The notes below the pieces were generated by a model. The model did not search any database and was not told the DNA's origin. It saw only the letters and a list, made by a program, of their open reading frames with translations. This document shows positions 32,916 to 43,438 of a stretch of DNA of 64,000 nucleotides, one piece after another. The position numbers were made by a program, and so were the translations under genes. The stretch comes from a virus. Taxonomy: Duplodnaviria; Caudoviricetes. Location of the stretch: the IMG/VR virus record IMGVR_UViG_3300035675_000001; one strand, 5' to 3'. Numbering within the stretch: position 1 is the stretch's first letter; every line of letters begins with the position of its first letter.

Positions 32916-33700
32916 GAACAGCCGGTCGTCTCCCCGCAGTTCGGGCAGACATGGCACTTCCCGGCAGGCCGGGTGATCGTGCCGCACTTCGGGCACGGTG
33001 GACCGTCATTCCGCACTTCCTTCTCATGAGGCGGGGCCACAGCGGCAGTGATTTCCTTCGGCGGTTCAGCCGTGGGAGGAGACAGCTTGGTCGGCTCAGC
33101 CGGGAGCACGGGGGTATTCTGGACGAAGTAAATCCGCATCCACCGGAACACGTAGTCGATGATCGAGGAAGCCTGGCGAATCTCCGGGTTGCCCGTCCAC
33201 CCGGATGGCTCAAATCGCTGGTAGCTGAACTTGGTGGAAAGGGTGTCGATGTCCACGCCAAACTGGAGCGCAATGCTCGTCAGGCACCCAATGGTGTCCA
33301 TCAGCCCGCCGATGGTCGAGCCTTCCTTGGCCATCGTAATGAACAACTCGCCGGGAGCGCCATCGTCATACATGCCCACCGTCAGGTAGCCCTCGTGGCC
33401 CCCGACCGTGAACTTGTGGGTCACGGCGCGTCGGGTATCCGGCAGGCGCTTTCGCACCGGCGCACCAACCTTGGAGTGGAGCTGTTCGTTGTGCCGGACA
33501 AGATCGAGACAGCGGACGTTCAGCTCGTTGATCTGGCGGACGAAATCCGCGTTTTGGACAAGGAGCTGGGCGTGCTGGCCCTGGACCTCATCGAGCCGGG
33601 ATTGGACTTCGGCCCGGCCTTTTTGGTAGGCAGCTTCGAGCTGCGCGGAAACGTCAACTTTTTGAGTCTTCTTCGACATATCCTTGAAGAACGAAATCAA
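32912..33700 (-). CDS. Stand-alone class II ribonucleotide reductase C-terminal (TSCPD) domain plus zinc ribbon
   Basis: RKRLPDTRRAVTHKFTVGGHEGYLTVG..PGELF..KEGST; SIIDYVFRW; CPKC...CPNCGETTGCS. Confidence 0.85.
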   Translation of the reverse strand: MISFFKDMSKKTQKVDVSAQLEAAYQKGRAEVQSRLDEVQGQHAQLLVQNADFVRQINELNVRCLDLVRHNEQLHSKVGAPVRKRLPDTRRAVTHKFTVGGHEGYLTVGMYDDGAPGELFITMAKEGSTIGGLMDTIGCLTSIALQFGVDIDTLSTKFSYQRFEPSGWTGNPEIRQASSIIDYVFRWMRIYFVQNTPVLPAEPTKLSPPTAEPPKEITAAVAPPHEKEVRNDGPPCPKCGTITRPAGKCHVCPNCGETTGCS

Positions 33701-36027
33701 TCGACTTCGTTGTTCAGGATAACGTCGCCGATGCGAAGAAGTTCAGTTTCGACCGCTGACAGCATCTTGGTCGTATTGCCGGGGGTGTCGAGGGCCACAC
33801 GGTTGACGCCGACCACGCCGCTGATTGCCGCGATGACCTCAGTGATATTGGACTTGGAACCGACGATGCCGGATACCTCGCTGGCATAAATCGGAGAGCC
33901 GATTTGGAGGCCGTCGCCCCAGGCGCGAATCGCGGAACGAATCTCCCGGCGCTTGCTCTGAGACGTGTCGCCGGTGTAGCCCACGTAAATGTTTACAGTT
34001 TTGTCCGAAGCGTAGCCGACGATGGGAATGAGCTTCATGCTCAAGTCGCCGGGCACGCCCTTGATCCAAAGCGTGATCTGGCCGGTGAGCAGGTTGATCG
34101 TCGAGGGATAGTCGAGCGTGCCGCTCAGGTTGTCGCCAAACACTTGGGCGGTGCCGGGGATGATGCCGGGCACGACCGTCAATTCTTGGATGCCCAGGAA
34201 CAGGCGCACGGACCAGGCCGAAATCGGATAGATCACGAGCTGCGCGGAATACTGGCTCACCGTCACCTGGTCGTAGGTGCTGTAAACCGGAGTGCCGACC
34301 GACTGCTTGCTGAGCGCGTAAACAAACTCCTGGTCGGGTCGCGTCCACAGCTCCAGCGAGTTGGACGGATACAGGTCCGAAGTCGGCGTGGACATGTTGA
34401 TCGTATCGACGCCGTAAACCTCGTCGAGCGCCCGGACCAGGTTGGAGTAGAGCACCGGCTGGCCGGGCCGGAGCACGTCCACAAAGCTGTTGAGCGTGTC
34501 CTGAACCAGCAGCCCAGTATCGGTGACGCTGAACCCGGTGAAGACCTTGTAGCGCACGCTGACCGGGATGGGCCTGGCGGTGCCGTCGCCCAGGCGGACC
34601 AGATCGGTGCCGATGGCCTTCGTCTGCATGTAGTTCTCCAGGTCGATCTTTTGCGAAGCTGTCAAGTTGACCAGTGTGCCATTGGGTCCGCTCGTCCAGG
34701 CGTAGATGAAGACGAGATTGCCCTCCAAGAGCGAGTTCTCCGTCCGCACTGTGGCGCGGGCAAAGGTGACGCCCGGATACATCATGGCGATGGTCTGGTA
34801 ATCTTCTAAGGTTACCGCCCGGTCGTTGGCCCGTGTGGCGGCGGGGATGTTGACCCGCGCTTCCTCCAGGGTTTCAGCCTCGCGCCCGCCCGATCCGGCG
34901 TTTGTCCGGTTCGTAATCGCAATGGTGATCGGGTTGTTTGTGGAGCTAATCAGCCCGGTAATGGACGTGCTGATGGCGTTGATCTCGACGTTGCCTGCGG
35001 ACCCGCCGCCCACCCGGTAAGTGACGTTGATAGTCGCATCCGTAGGGATGACGGCTCCCAGGGTGCCGTCTCCAAAGATGATGAGCGGCTGGCCGGAAGC
35101 GGTGGTTTTGAAGACGAAATCGGTGGAGTCGCCGGTGGACTTGGCAAAGCTGGTAACCTGGTTCCAGATCGCACCGTTGACTACGACCTGAACAGAGCCT
35201 TCGATGACGGGGGTGGTGCTCAGCTTGACGACAAAAGAGGGAGTGGAATCCGAAGGCGACACGAAGCTATCGACCACGGTCAATCCCTGGACGCAGTTGA
35301 TGCGCTGGTCGTAGATCGTCGCCGTCACGGACGCCTGGATGCTGCCCTCGTAGGGGGTGGACAGAATCAGCCTGTTGTTCGTGATGGCCCCCGGCGATGC
35401 CTGGATGTCCTGGATCAAGTAGGTGTCCAGCTCGCCTGACACCTTGAAAACCTGGCCCGGTTGGACGAAATCAGCCAGGTTGATGGTGGTGTCGAGCAGA
35501 TCGACGTTCGACGAACCGGGTGTCACCAGGGCGAAGGTTGACAGCACGCTGGCACCTGTGGCCGAAGGGGAAATCGTGACGATGGGCGTGACCGGCGTCG
35601 TGTTGCCCGGCAGAATGAAATAGTCCTTCTCGACCTCGAACGGGATGGAATCCTGGGAGGAACTGCGGATGACGGTGCCCTTGGAAATGGTCACGGTCGC
35701 GCTCTCCAGGGCTGCCGTGATGGTCGCTTCGCAAGACACCGATGCGGCGGTCGGCCCGCGCAACTCGTATCCGGTCAGGCTGCCGATGTTCACGGCAGAC
35801 TCCCGCAGGGTCATCGTGTTGATGTAGTTCTCGCCCGCCGCCCGGTTGACCAGGAAGGCCATCGTGGCGGTTGACCAGGCGATCAGATCGACCAGAACGA
35901 TCCCGAAAGAGTTGTTCAGGAAGTCGTTCCAGACGCGGGGATACCGAGCGCGAACGCGCTGGAGGAGCGCGTCCTTGTGCGCCTGGTAATCGACGCGGAT
36001 AAATCGTAGCGTATTCTCTGTCGCCAT
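33697..36027 (-). CDS. Baseplate wedge subunit (T4 gp6/baseplate J-like)
   Basis: RESAVNIG..GY, GG..GNV, DRAVTLEDY. Confidence 0.85.
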   Translation of the reverse strand: MATENTLRFIRVDYQAHKDALLQRVRARYPRVWNDFLNNSFGIVLVDLIAWSTATMAFLVNRAAGENYINTMTLRESAVNIGSLTGYELRGPTAASVSCEATITAALESATVTISKGTVIRSSSQDSIPFEVEKDYFILPGNTTPVTPIVTISPSATGASVLSTFALVTPGSSNVDLLDTTINLADFVQPGQVFKVSGELDTYLIQDIQASPGAITNNRLILSTPYEGSIQASVTATIYDQRINCVQGLTVVDSFVSPSDSTPSFVVKLSTTPVIEGSVQVVVNGAIWNQVTSFAKSTGDSTDFVFKTTASGQPLIIFGDGTLGAVIPTDATINVTYRVGGGSAGNVEINAISTSITGLISSTNNPITIAITNRTNAGSGGREAETLEEARVNIPAATRANDRAVTLEDYQTIAMMYPGVTFARATVRTENSLLEGNLVFIYAWTSGPNGTLVNLTASQKIDLENYMQTKAIGTDLVRLGDGTARPIPVSVRYKVFTGFSVTDTGLLVQDTLNSFVDVLRPGQPVLYSNLVRALDEVYGVDTINMSTPTSDLYPSNSLELWTRPDQEFVYALSKQSVGTPVYSTYDQVTVSQYSAQLVIYPISAWSVRLFLGIQELTVVPGIIPGTAQVFGDNLSGTLDYPSTINLLTGQITLWIKGVPGDLSMKLIPIVGYASDKTVNIYVGYTGDTSQSKRREIRSAIRAWGDGLQIGSPIYASEVSGIVGSKSNITEVIAAISGVVGVNRVALDTPGNTTKMLSAVETELLRIGDVILNNEVD

Positions 36028-36031
36028 AGCC

Positions 36032-36226
36032 TTAACTACCCGTCACCAAATCGGCCATGATCGCCGCTACCTTTTCATCGTCCGGGTCTTCCTTGAGGCA
36101 TTCCACGGCGATCTTTGACACCTGCGCCAAAGTGTAAATCGCATCCCGCAAGGCCGGATCGTTGCTTTTTGCCGCCACTTTGGCCACAGCGGCGGCTTGT
36201 TGCCCGAAAGTCGTTCTCTTTCCCAT
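36032..36226 (-). CDS. Hypothetical protein (64 aa)
   Basis: C-terminal part of ORF 36032-36433 starting at MGKRTT. Confidence 0.55.
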   Translation of the reverse strand: MGKRTTFGQQAAAVAKVAAKSNDPALRDAIYTLAQVSKIAVECLKEDPDDEKVAAIMADLVTGS

Positions 36227-36242
36227 GACGGTTAGAACCGGA

Positions 36243-36650
36243 TCAGAGCTTGAAGATGCCGTTGGGACCGGTGTCCCAATGGATGCGGACCACTTCCCCC
36301 TGCGGCGTAAAGGGGAGGTCTGTCGCCGTGTCCAGGTAGCAAACCAGCTCCGACGTGTTCTCCGTCCCGGTATCGTGGTAGATGACCAACGCCGTAACGT
36401 CCTGGCCGAACACCGGCCCGATTGTGGGATCATCCGCCCGCGCTACGCCGCCCGTGGCGGTTTTGCCGCTAAGTGGATTGCTGGTAAAGACCCGCGCTGC
36501 CAGCGGGAGGTCCGCCAGCGTGTGGTGAACGTCGATCTGGACAAAGTAGTTCCGCGTGTCAACCAGCACGACCCGAAACATATCGGTGAGCCAGTTGAGC
36601 TGGCCGGACAAGAAACGCTCGTTCGCGTAGGTGTAGCGTTGATTCGCCAT
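36243..36650 (-). CDS. Probable minor tail/structural protein
   Basis: MAN..Y...E.FL.G.LNW..D...VLVD...H..L pattern common in phage tail modules. Confidence 0.6.
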   Translation of the reverse strand: MANQRYTYANERFLSGQLNWLTDMFRVVLVDTRNYFVQIDVHHTLADLPLAARVFTSNPLSGKTATGGVARADDPTIGPVFGQDVTALVIYHDTGTENTSELVCYLDTATDLPFTPQGEVVRIHWDTGPNGIFKL

Positions 36651-36694
36651 GCCATAGATACGAAGTAGAAATTGCTTACAATTTTGAGTTCTGC

Positions 36695-38356
36695 TTGAAT
36701 GTGAATGTGACCGACGAAAAACCAGTGGCGGAAATCATGGGGCACTTTGTGCTCCAGGAGGCCCGCGCCAAACAAGTCACTGCCCTGGAATACATTGAAC
36801 GCAAGTATTATGAGGGCTTTAAGGACATTGTGATCGCCGCTCCCACGGGCATTGGCAAGTCCGCGATTGGGGCGACCGCCTGCATGTGGTCGAACAGTCT
36901 CGACGAGGATGGCGACAACGGGGGCTACTACCTGGTCACGCAGAAGATGCTCCAGGACCAGCTCCAGCGGGACATCCCCAAATACCGGATGACCGACGCC
37001 GCCCGGCAGTGCTGCTCGATCAAGTCAGCCTCCGAATACTCCTGCCCGAAGCACGGCAACTGCGCCTTCGGCATGAGCCGAAAGACCAAGTGCGCCTGCG
37101 TCGGCCAGGGCACCTGCGCCTACGTCCGCGCCCGGATGGCGTTTGGCAGGGCGAAGATGGCGGTAACCAACTACCCCTACCTGTTCACCGAGCATCAGCT
37201 CGTCAACAAACTCTTGCCCAGGAAGGTGCTGGTCCTGGACGAGTGCCACAGCCTGGAGCGCCAGATTCTCAAGTTCGTCGAAATCAACATCACCCAGGAA
37301 AGCCTCCGAAAGTGGGCCAGAACCATCAAGCAGGTGCCCCACTTTGATGACGTGGTGGAGTTCGCTAACTACTTGTTGAACACCTACTTGCCGACCATCA
37401 AGCCGCGCCTGGAAGCCTTGATCGAGTGGGAGTCAACCTCCGACTCGGAACAAGACCGCCAGTTGAACCAGGAGAAGCTGGACCTGCAAAAGCACTACGG
37501 CCAGGTCTTGTCCGGGGCCAAGCTGGTCATCAACGACCCCAAAAACTGGGTGTTCTGGCAAGAGGAAGACCGGCACGGCAACCTCGAAGCTCTCGCCAAA
37601 CCTCTTGACGCTTCTCCGTTTGGTCAAGAGTTGATCTTCGAGATGGGCCGCGTCCGCATCTTCATGTCCGCTTACCCCGGCAGCAAGAAGGTGTTCTGCG
37701 ACAGCCTGGGCCTGGACAGCAACCGCGTAGCCTGGCTGAACCTGAACAGCACCTTCCCCGTCGAGAACCGGCAGATTTTCCTGACCACGATTGGCTCGAT
37801 GAGCCGGAGGAACCGGGATGACACCATGCCCGCCTTCCTGCGGTTCACGGCGAAAATCATGGAAACCCACTACGACACCAAGGGGATCATCCACTGCAAC
37901 AGCTACGAGCTGGGCAAAGCCATCTACGATGCCTTCCGTGGCACCGAGCACGGTGCCCGGCTGCTCTTTCCCCAGTCTTCCGATGAACGCGACCCGACGT
38001 TCGCCCGGCACAAAGTGACCCCCGCGCCGACCGTCATCATCAGCCCATCCATGACCGAAGGGTTCGACTTTGCCGAAGACCTGGCCCGCTGGCAGATCAT
38101 CGCCAAGGTGCCCTACCCTTACCTGGGGGACCGCCAGGTCGCCGCCAAGAAAGACATCAACGCCGACTGGTATGACCTCCAGGCGGTCATGTCGATCATC
38201 CAGGCGTGCGGGCGCATCGTCCGGTCGGATACGGATATAGGCCAGACCTACATCCTGGACAGCGATTTTCTCCAGCTTTACGAGCGGCAGAGTCACATGT
38301 TTCCCCGGTGGTGGACGGATGCCCTGGTATGGCCTAAACGGAAGGGTAGTCGGTAA
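36695..38356 (+). CDS. DinG/XPD-like SF2 helicase
   Basis: APTGIGKS, DECH, SPSMTEGFDF, QACGRIVRS; Cys cluster. Confidence 0.88.
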   Translation: MNVNVTDEKPVAEIMGHFVLQEARAKQVTALEYIERKYYEGFKDIVIAAPTGIGKSAIGATACMWSNSLDEDGDNGGYYLVTQKMLQDQLQRDIPKYRMTDAARQCCSIKSASEYSCPKHGNCAFGMSRKTKCACVGQGTCAYVRARMAFGRAKMAVTNYPYLFTEHQLVNKLLPRKVLVLDECHSLERQILKFVEINITQESLRKWARTIKQVPHFDDVVEFANYLLNTYLPTIKPRLEALIEWESTSDSEQDRQLNQEKLDLQKHYGQVLSGAKLVINDPKNWVFWQEEDRHGNLEALAKPLDASPFGQELIFEMGRVRIFMSAYPGSKKVFCDSLGLDSNRVAWLNLNSTFPVENRQIFLTTIGSMSRRNRDDTMPAFLRFTAKIMETHYDTKGIIHCNSYELGKAIYDAFRGTEHGARLLFPQSSDERDPTFARHKVTPAPTVIISPSMTEGFDFAEDLARWQIIAKVPYPYLGDRQVAAKKDINADWYDLQAVMSIIQACGRIVRSDTDIGQTYILDSDFLQLYERQSHMFPRWWTDALVWPKRKGSR

Positions 38357-38421
38357 ATGTTTACAAAACTACTCGTGAGAAGGGCCGAAACTGGGGGCGT
38401 AGTTAGGTCGAATTGAACGGC

Positions 38422-39273
38422 ATGAAAAAGAATTTGCTAAGCTTCCTGTTCCTGGAGTCGGCTGAGGCTGATGCCGCAGACGCGGAACGCCGCGATTTGA
38501 GCATCGCTGAGAACCTGGAACAACTGTTCGAGGCCGCAGCCGACATCGAAATGGGCGAGCTGGAGTCCAAGAAGACGCCTCTGGCCAAAGCCCTTGGCGA
38601 GTTCGGTATTTCCGATGCCGACCTCCAGATGGACCCGGAGGGATTCTGCCTTTGCACCGATAATCGGGACCGCTACACCGACATTCTTGCTGTGTTGGGT
38701 GATGCCGACGCCATGCACAAGCTGGCTCAGATGGGCTGGGTTGTGACCAAGCCTGGCGACGCCGCAATGACCAACGAACCCCCTGAGTTCCGCATCCGCT
38801 TCCTTGAGATCACCACCGTTGACACTGGTGACTCGGACAAGCCCGATGAAAAGGTCAAAGCCATCACTAAAGCGGCCCGCGAGTTCGCTACCACGCCGCT
38901 CGACCGGGATGACAAAGACAACCCGGTGGAAACGGATACCGGTAAAATGGGGAAGAAGCAGACGGGAGTGGGTAAGCCTAAAGAGGGTGAAGACCCCGAA
39001 AAGGCCATCCACGACAGCCTGCAAGAAATGACCTCGACCGGGAGCATGGGCACCGTCGAAGGCGGTCCCCAGGGTATCGCCGGAGCGGGCATCATCAAGA
39101 AGCCCAAGCCCTACGGCAAGGGCACCAAGTTCGCCATGCCCGGCCAGTGGACCGTGAAGCAGCCGGTCGTCAAACAGCAGATCAAGCGGAAGGTCCGCAC
39201 CGAATCTGCCGAAGAATTTCTGAGCGAACCTCTGCCCGGCGCGGCAAAACCCAACCCTGAAAAGGCATCGTAA
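38422..39273 (+). CDS. Acidic hypothetical protein (possible head/core protein)
   Basis: FLFLESAE, SLQEM; GTAGTTA upstream. Confidence 0.65.
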   Translation: MKKNLLSFLFLESAEADAADAERRDLSIAENLEQLFEAAADIEMGELESKKTPLAKALGEFGISDADLQMDPEGFCLCTDNRDRYTDILAVLGDADAMHKLAQMGWVVTKPGDAAMTNEPPEFRIRFLEITTVDTGDSDKPDEKVKAITKAAREFATTPLDRDDKDNPVETDTGKMGKKQTGVGKPKEGEDPEKAIHDSLQEMTSTGSMGTVEGGPQGIAGAGIIKKPKPYGKGTKFAMPGQWTVKQPVVKQQIKRKVRTESAEEFLSEPLPGAAKPNPEKAS

Positions 39274-39860
39274 TGGCCAAAATCTTTCATGATTACGAGA
39301 GCATGGGCACAGTAGGCCCCCTCGAAGTCTTGGAGCCGCCTCTGCTCGAAGCCTTTCGCGGTAGCGACATCGTGGGCTGGTATAGCATGATCGAAGATCA
39401 GCTCCAGCGGATGCTCGACGACCAGGAAGCTTCCCGCAATTTCGAGAATGCTGACCGCATTCGCTCGTTCCTGAACACCTGGCGCGAGAACGAAATCACC
39501 GGCTCGATGAACATTGACGAGATCAAGCCGCTCAAGGCAGCCGCCGAGCAGCAGGCATCCGTCAAGTGGCCCCTTCGGAATTACTTTAGCAGCCTCAAAG
39601 GCAAGCTTCGCAAACTCGAAGCGACCGAAGTTGAACTGCCTCGCGGCATCGACACCAACCAGGTTGACCCGATGGCGGGCGGACTGGGCGCTGGCGCTCC
39701 GCCGATGAGTCCCGACTTCGGGCCGGAGGAAGAAGCTCCTGGTGACCTCGGTGCCGAGGAGGAACTGGGGCCGGAGGCCGGAGCTGGATTGGAACAGCCT
39801 GGCGAAGATGAAAAACTCGACAAAGAAATCGCCTTTGCTGAGTCCAAAACACGCAAATAA
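39273..39860 (+). CDS. Hypothetical protein, acidic C-terminus
   Basis: ORF track; coupled start. Confidence 0.65.
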   Translation: MAKIFHDYESMGTVGPLEVLEPPLLEAFRGSDIVGWYSMIEDQLQRMLDDQEASRNFENADRIRSFLNTWRENEITGSMNIDEIKPLKAAAEQQASVKWPLRNYFSSLKGKLRKLEATEVELPRGIDTNQVDPMAGGLGAGAPPMSPDFGPEEEAPGDLGAEEELGPEAGAGLEQPGEDEKLDKEIAFAESKTRK

Positions 39861-39866
39861 TTCGTT

Positions 39867-40505
39867 ATGAGCAAGACACATCCTGAAATCGCAAAAGCAC
39901 TCCTGGAACGCCGCAACAGGATGACCCACGTCATTCTGCCTGGCGAAATCACCGCCGAGATCGGTCCCGATGGGGTCGCCGAGGCGCTGAAACAACGCTG
40001 GCTCGTGCCCGACGTGGAGGAGTCTGGCTACCTGTGCGTCAGCAAAGACCTGGGTGTCATCGCTGAAATGCGCCGGTTGGCCGAGATGAAGCCGGAGGAA
40101 TACAAGCCCGAAGCGATGCCCGTCGCCGAGAGCCACGACATCTCCTTGCTCCACACCAAGCGCAACCACCGTCTCCAGGAGGTTGCCGCCCCCATGACGG
40201 GTGCGCCGTCGCCTGGTTTGTCCAGCATGGCACAGCCGCAGGCTCCCGTCTCCCCCACTGCCCCCAGGGGAACGCCGGGAGCGGACATGCCAGTGAGCAC
40301 CAAGGTCATGGTGTCGCGCCAAGGCAAGTCTTTCAACGGTGTGATCGAGAAGCTTCTGCCCGATGGTCGTTTCCAAGTTGGTTTCCCTGACAACGAGAGG
40401 CCACAAGGTGAGCATGTTTTCTCCAAGGATGAAGTGAGCGTCGTCCCGACGAGTCCTCAGCGTCCTGGCGGAAGCGTGGCGACTGTTGGTGCGGCAGCTT
40501 CATGA
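39867..40505 (+). CDS. Hypothetical protein
   Basis: ORF track; coding-like composition. Confidence 0.6.
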   Translation: MSKTHPEIAKALLERRNRMTHVILPGEITAEIGPDGVAEALKQRWLVPDVEESGYLCVSKDLGVIAEMRRLAEMKPEEYKPEAMPVAESHDISLLHTKRNHRLQEVAAPMTGAPSPGLSSMAQPQAPVSPTAPRGTPGADMPVSTKVMVSRQGKSFNGVIEKLLPDGRFQVGFPDNERPQGEHVFSKDEVSVVPTSPQRPGGSVATVGAAAS

Positions 40506-41002
40506 ACACGTTACTGCTACGCCGAATCCTGGAGGCCGACGACGAGGATACGATTAAGGACATCCTCGGCGCGGACTATCAAGAGCCAGAACAAGCTCCC
40601 GAACAGGGCGAAGTCGAGCGGCACGACCGCTGGGCTGACGTGAAGATGGGAGACTGGAACTGGTGCGTTTCCTACCTCACCCCGGTCGCTTTTTACGAGC
40701 CGGGCGCGGGCATTACCGTGACCCAAAAGCGGTGGTCGAACGCCACGCTCAACCACATCAAGAAGTGGGCGGACCACATCGGTTTTGGCGGCGGCTTCCG
40801 CCGTTACGCCGACCTGGAAGCTCGTGCCAAGACGATGCCCCAGGAGGAGATGATCGAGCTGTTCAGGATGCGGGCTGGCCGCGTGCGCTGGACAAAGCGC
40901 CACGCCCGAAAACTGTCGGCGGTCCCCTACAACAAGATTCAAACCGGCCTCAAAGGTGACCGCGAAGATCGCGTCGAAATCGAACCTCACCGTGAGCAAT
41001 GA
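40502..41002 (+). CDS. Hypothetical protein, SYLTPVA family
   Basis: RILEADDED; VSYLTPVA...KRWSNATLNHIKKW. Confidence 0.7.
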   Translation: MNTLLLRRILEADDEDTIKDILGADYQEPEQAPEQGEVERHDRWADVKMGDWNWCVSYLTPVAFYEPGAGITVTQKRWSNATLNHIKKWADHIGFGGGFRRYADLEARAKTMPQEEMIELFRMRAGRVRWTKRHARKLSAVPYNKIQTGLKGDREDRVEIEPHREQ

Positions 41003-41706
41003 ACGAAGTCAAATCCATTCTCGCGCACCTGCTCGAAGCCGAGGAGGAAGACTTCGGGATCAAGGATGTTGAGCCGACAGAGCCGGTAGCAGGCCAGGCC
41101 AAGGTCACACGTCACGGGCGCTGGAAGGTTGTGGACATGCCCCACTACACCTTCCTGATTTCCTACCTCACTCCTGTCGCCTACTACGACAAGCTGCTCG
41201 ACGCCTTCTACCAAACGCGCAAACAGTGGTCGCCCACGACCAACGGCCACATCCAGCAGTGGATCAGCCAGGTTTACAAGTCGCCGGAATGGCAAAACCG
41301 CGAGGACAACAAAGAGTGGGAACCTCCCACGGAGTGGAGGCCGGAAGGCTACTTCCGGGTGAAGTATCCCCAGCTTGCCTACAAGAAGCAGGACGAGATT
41401 TCAGGCTTGTTCAAGAAGCTGATGGCGACGATGGAATTGAAGCCCCGCGAAAAGAAACGGCTCTACCACGTTGCTCCCGTGATGCGAGCGGGCAGTGAAG
41501 CAGCTCGCCGGGCAAGCCAATGGGTTTCGGGCCACGGCAAGCACCACGATACCGGCGAACAAGGCTTGCCCCGACCTGGATCGACCTGGCGCAGAGAAGA
41601 CCCGGACCTCGGTAAGTTCTTCGCTGACTTCGAGCCGGATGAAGCTGAAATGTGGGACTGGCAACAGAGTGAGCGCCGGAGCCAAGAACCCCATGAGCCA
41701 GAGTGA
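40999..41706 (+). CDS. Hypothetical protein, SYLTPVA family paralog
   Basis: HLLEAEEED; ISYLTPVA...KQWSPTTNGHIQQW. Confidence 0.7.
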   Translation: MNEVKSILAHLLEAEEEDFGIKDVEPTEPVAGQAKVTRHGRWKVVDMPHYTFLISYLTPVAYYDKLLDAFYQTRKQWSPTTNGHIQQWISQVYKSPEWQNREDNKEWEPPTEWRPEGYFRVKYPQLAYKKQDEISGLFKKLMATMELKPREKKRLYHVAPVMRAGSEAARRASQWVSGHGKHHDTGEQGLPRPGSTWRREDPDLGKFFADFEPDEAEMWDWQQSERRSQEPHEPE

Positions 41707-42484
41707 TGAAATCCTTCGAGCACTGCTTGAGTCCGACGCCGATGACGAATCGGGCGTGAAGGACTTCCTGGGTATTCCCCAGGAGATTCTGGACCGCCAG
41801 TTGAAGGAGCTGTTGCCCGCCGCCATTGATCGCAAGTCCAAATACCTGGGCTACCCGTGCGTTTGGGTGGGCAAGCCATTCACCAATCCCCAGGGCGAGA
41901 CCTTCATCTTCGGCAAGTTCGGCAAGAAGCAGCCTCACTCCACCATGTCCACGCTGCTCTACCTGAACCCTGACACGGGCTGGCAGCTCGCGGAGAGCTT
42001 GAACGAGGACGAGGAGGACGAGTTCAAAGAAGTTTACGGTGGAGTCGAGCCGACCGCCTACCTGCCCCTGGGCACGGTGATCCACCACACCATGCGCCCG
42101 GAAGACCTGATCCCGGCCTTCCTGGACGCCCTGGAAAGCGTGGCCCCGGACGAAGCCGCTGAGATTCGAGCCGGTTACGCGGAGGAGATTGCCAACGACG
42201 ACGAGGAGTTCCTGAACGAAACCCTCTGGAACGTGCTGAACAGGCACACGCCTCCCTACACCTACTTCGGATCACATCCCGGCGACGGCAGCGATTACGG
42301 CGTGTGGGTGAACACCGAGGCCATCGACGATGACATCCGTTACGAGGAAACCGACAAGCTCCTGCCGATGCGGAAGGGCGAACGGATGCCCCAGGGCAGC
42401 CAATACGTCATCGTCATGGATCACGCGGGCAACTACGAGGAGCTGATCGACGGCTTAACCGGTCGGCAGATTTGGGTCCAATGA
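41693..42484 (+). CDS. Hypothetical protein
   Basis: Start re-assigned to MSQSDEILRALLES; YFGSHPGDGSDYG. Confidence 0.7.
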   Translation: MSQSDEILRALLESDADDESGVKDFLGIPQEILDRQLKELLPAAIDRKSKYLGYPCVWVGKPFTNPQGETFIFGKFGKKQPHSTMSTLLYLNPDTGWQLAESLNEDEEDEFKEVYGGVEPTAYLPLGTVIHHTMRPEDLIPAFLDALESVAPDEAAEIRAGYAEEIANDDEEFLNETLWNVLNRHTPPYTYFGSHPGDGSDYGVWVNTEAIDDDIRYEETDKLLPMRKGERMPQGSQYVIVMDHAGNYEELIDGLTGRQIWVQ

Positions 42485-43434
42485 CAACTACCGACCTCAT
42501 CCTCACCGGCCTGCTGTCTGAAAAAGGGACCGGCATCTTCGTGAAGCAGCTCCGCACCGGGCCGATCTACACCTGCAAATGCCCCACCTGCGGCACGCTC
42601 CACGGCGCGTTCAGGAGTTACCCCGAAGCCGAAGCCAACCTGAAATGCCGCCAGTGCAACCGCACTGCCGTTGACAAGCTCAAGAAGGACGTGGCCAAGG
42701 TGGAGGAGCCGGAGAAGCCGCAGAAGAACATCTTCCAGAATCCGCTCAAGAAACCGACCGTGATCGGCGAAGCAGAGGACGATGACTTCCAGGTGAAGGA
42801 CGTGGGCCTGCCGGTGCAGGATCACATCCGCTACGAGATTTTCGATGGTCGTGAATACTACCCGCTGACCAACACCGGCCTGATCGGTCGCCAGGGCTGG
42901 AAAGACCTCGGCCAGTTCAGCGGCCAGTGGCGCTTCATGGGGATCAAGCCCAACGCCGCCGACCGGCGCTTCATCCCCTGGGCGGAAGTCGTGAAGGAGC
43001 TGGAGAGCGGCCAGTCCATCAGCGGCCACATCGTGGATTTCGACCACGGCAGCTACCGGCAGTGGGGCGCAATGGCAAAAGTTTACAGATTAACTGTAAA
43101 CGAATCCTTCGAGGACGATGAGATCGAGGATGTGAAGTCGATCTTGGGCGACATCCCGCTGGACCCCGATGCTCCCACGGAGCCAGGTCAGGTAAATAAG
43201 TGGGTGTGCGTGAACGCGCACCACGGGCAAGAATTTTACAGCCGCAGCGAGTTTCACGCGAATGGGTATCCCAAGCGCGTGCGCGTGAGCGGGAAATGCA
43301 AAACCTGGAAGACACGACCAAATGAATTTAAGCTCCCCGTCAAGTATGGACTCAATAAGAACCTTTATATCACCGATGCTGACGCGAGCGACTGGAGCAC
43401 AGTCGCCATTGGTCGAGACGGCAGGCCGATATGA
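42481..43434 (+). CDS. Multi-module hypothetical protein with zinc ribbon
   Basis: CPTC...CRQC; acidic linkers; VRVSGKCKTWKTRP. Confidence 0.7.
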   Translation: MTTTDLILTGLLSEKGTGIFVKQLRTGPIYTCKCPTCGTLHGAFRSYPEAEANLKCRQCNRTAVDKLKKDVAKVEEPEKPQKNIFQNPLKKPTVIGEAEDDDFQVKDVGLPVQDHIRYEIFDGREYYPLTNTGLIGRQGWKDLGQFSGQWRFMGIKPNAADRRFIPWAEVVKELESGQSISGHIVDFDHGSYRQWGAMAKVYRLTVNESFEDDEIEDVKSILGDIPLDPDAPTEPGQVNKWVCVNAHHGQEFYSRSEFHANGYPKRVRVSGKCKTWKTRPNEFKLPVKYGLNKNLYITDADASDWSTVAIGRDGRPI

Positions 43435-43438
43435 CGGT

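Noticed and set aside
3223-36692. GTTCT upstream of several starts as a middle-promoter motif
   Set aside because: Only five bases, variable spacing and too few clear cases to separate from chance by eye.
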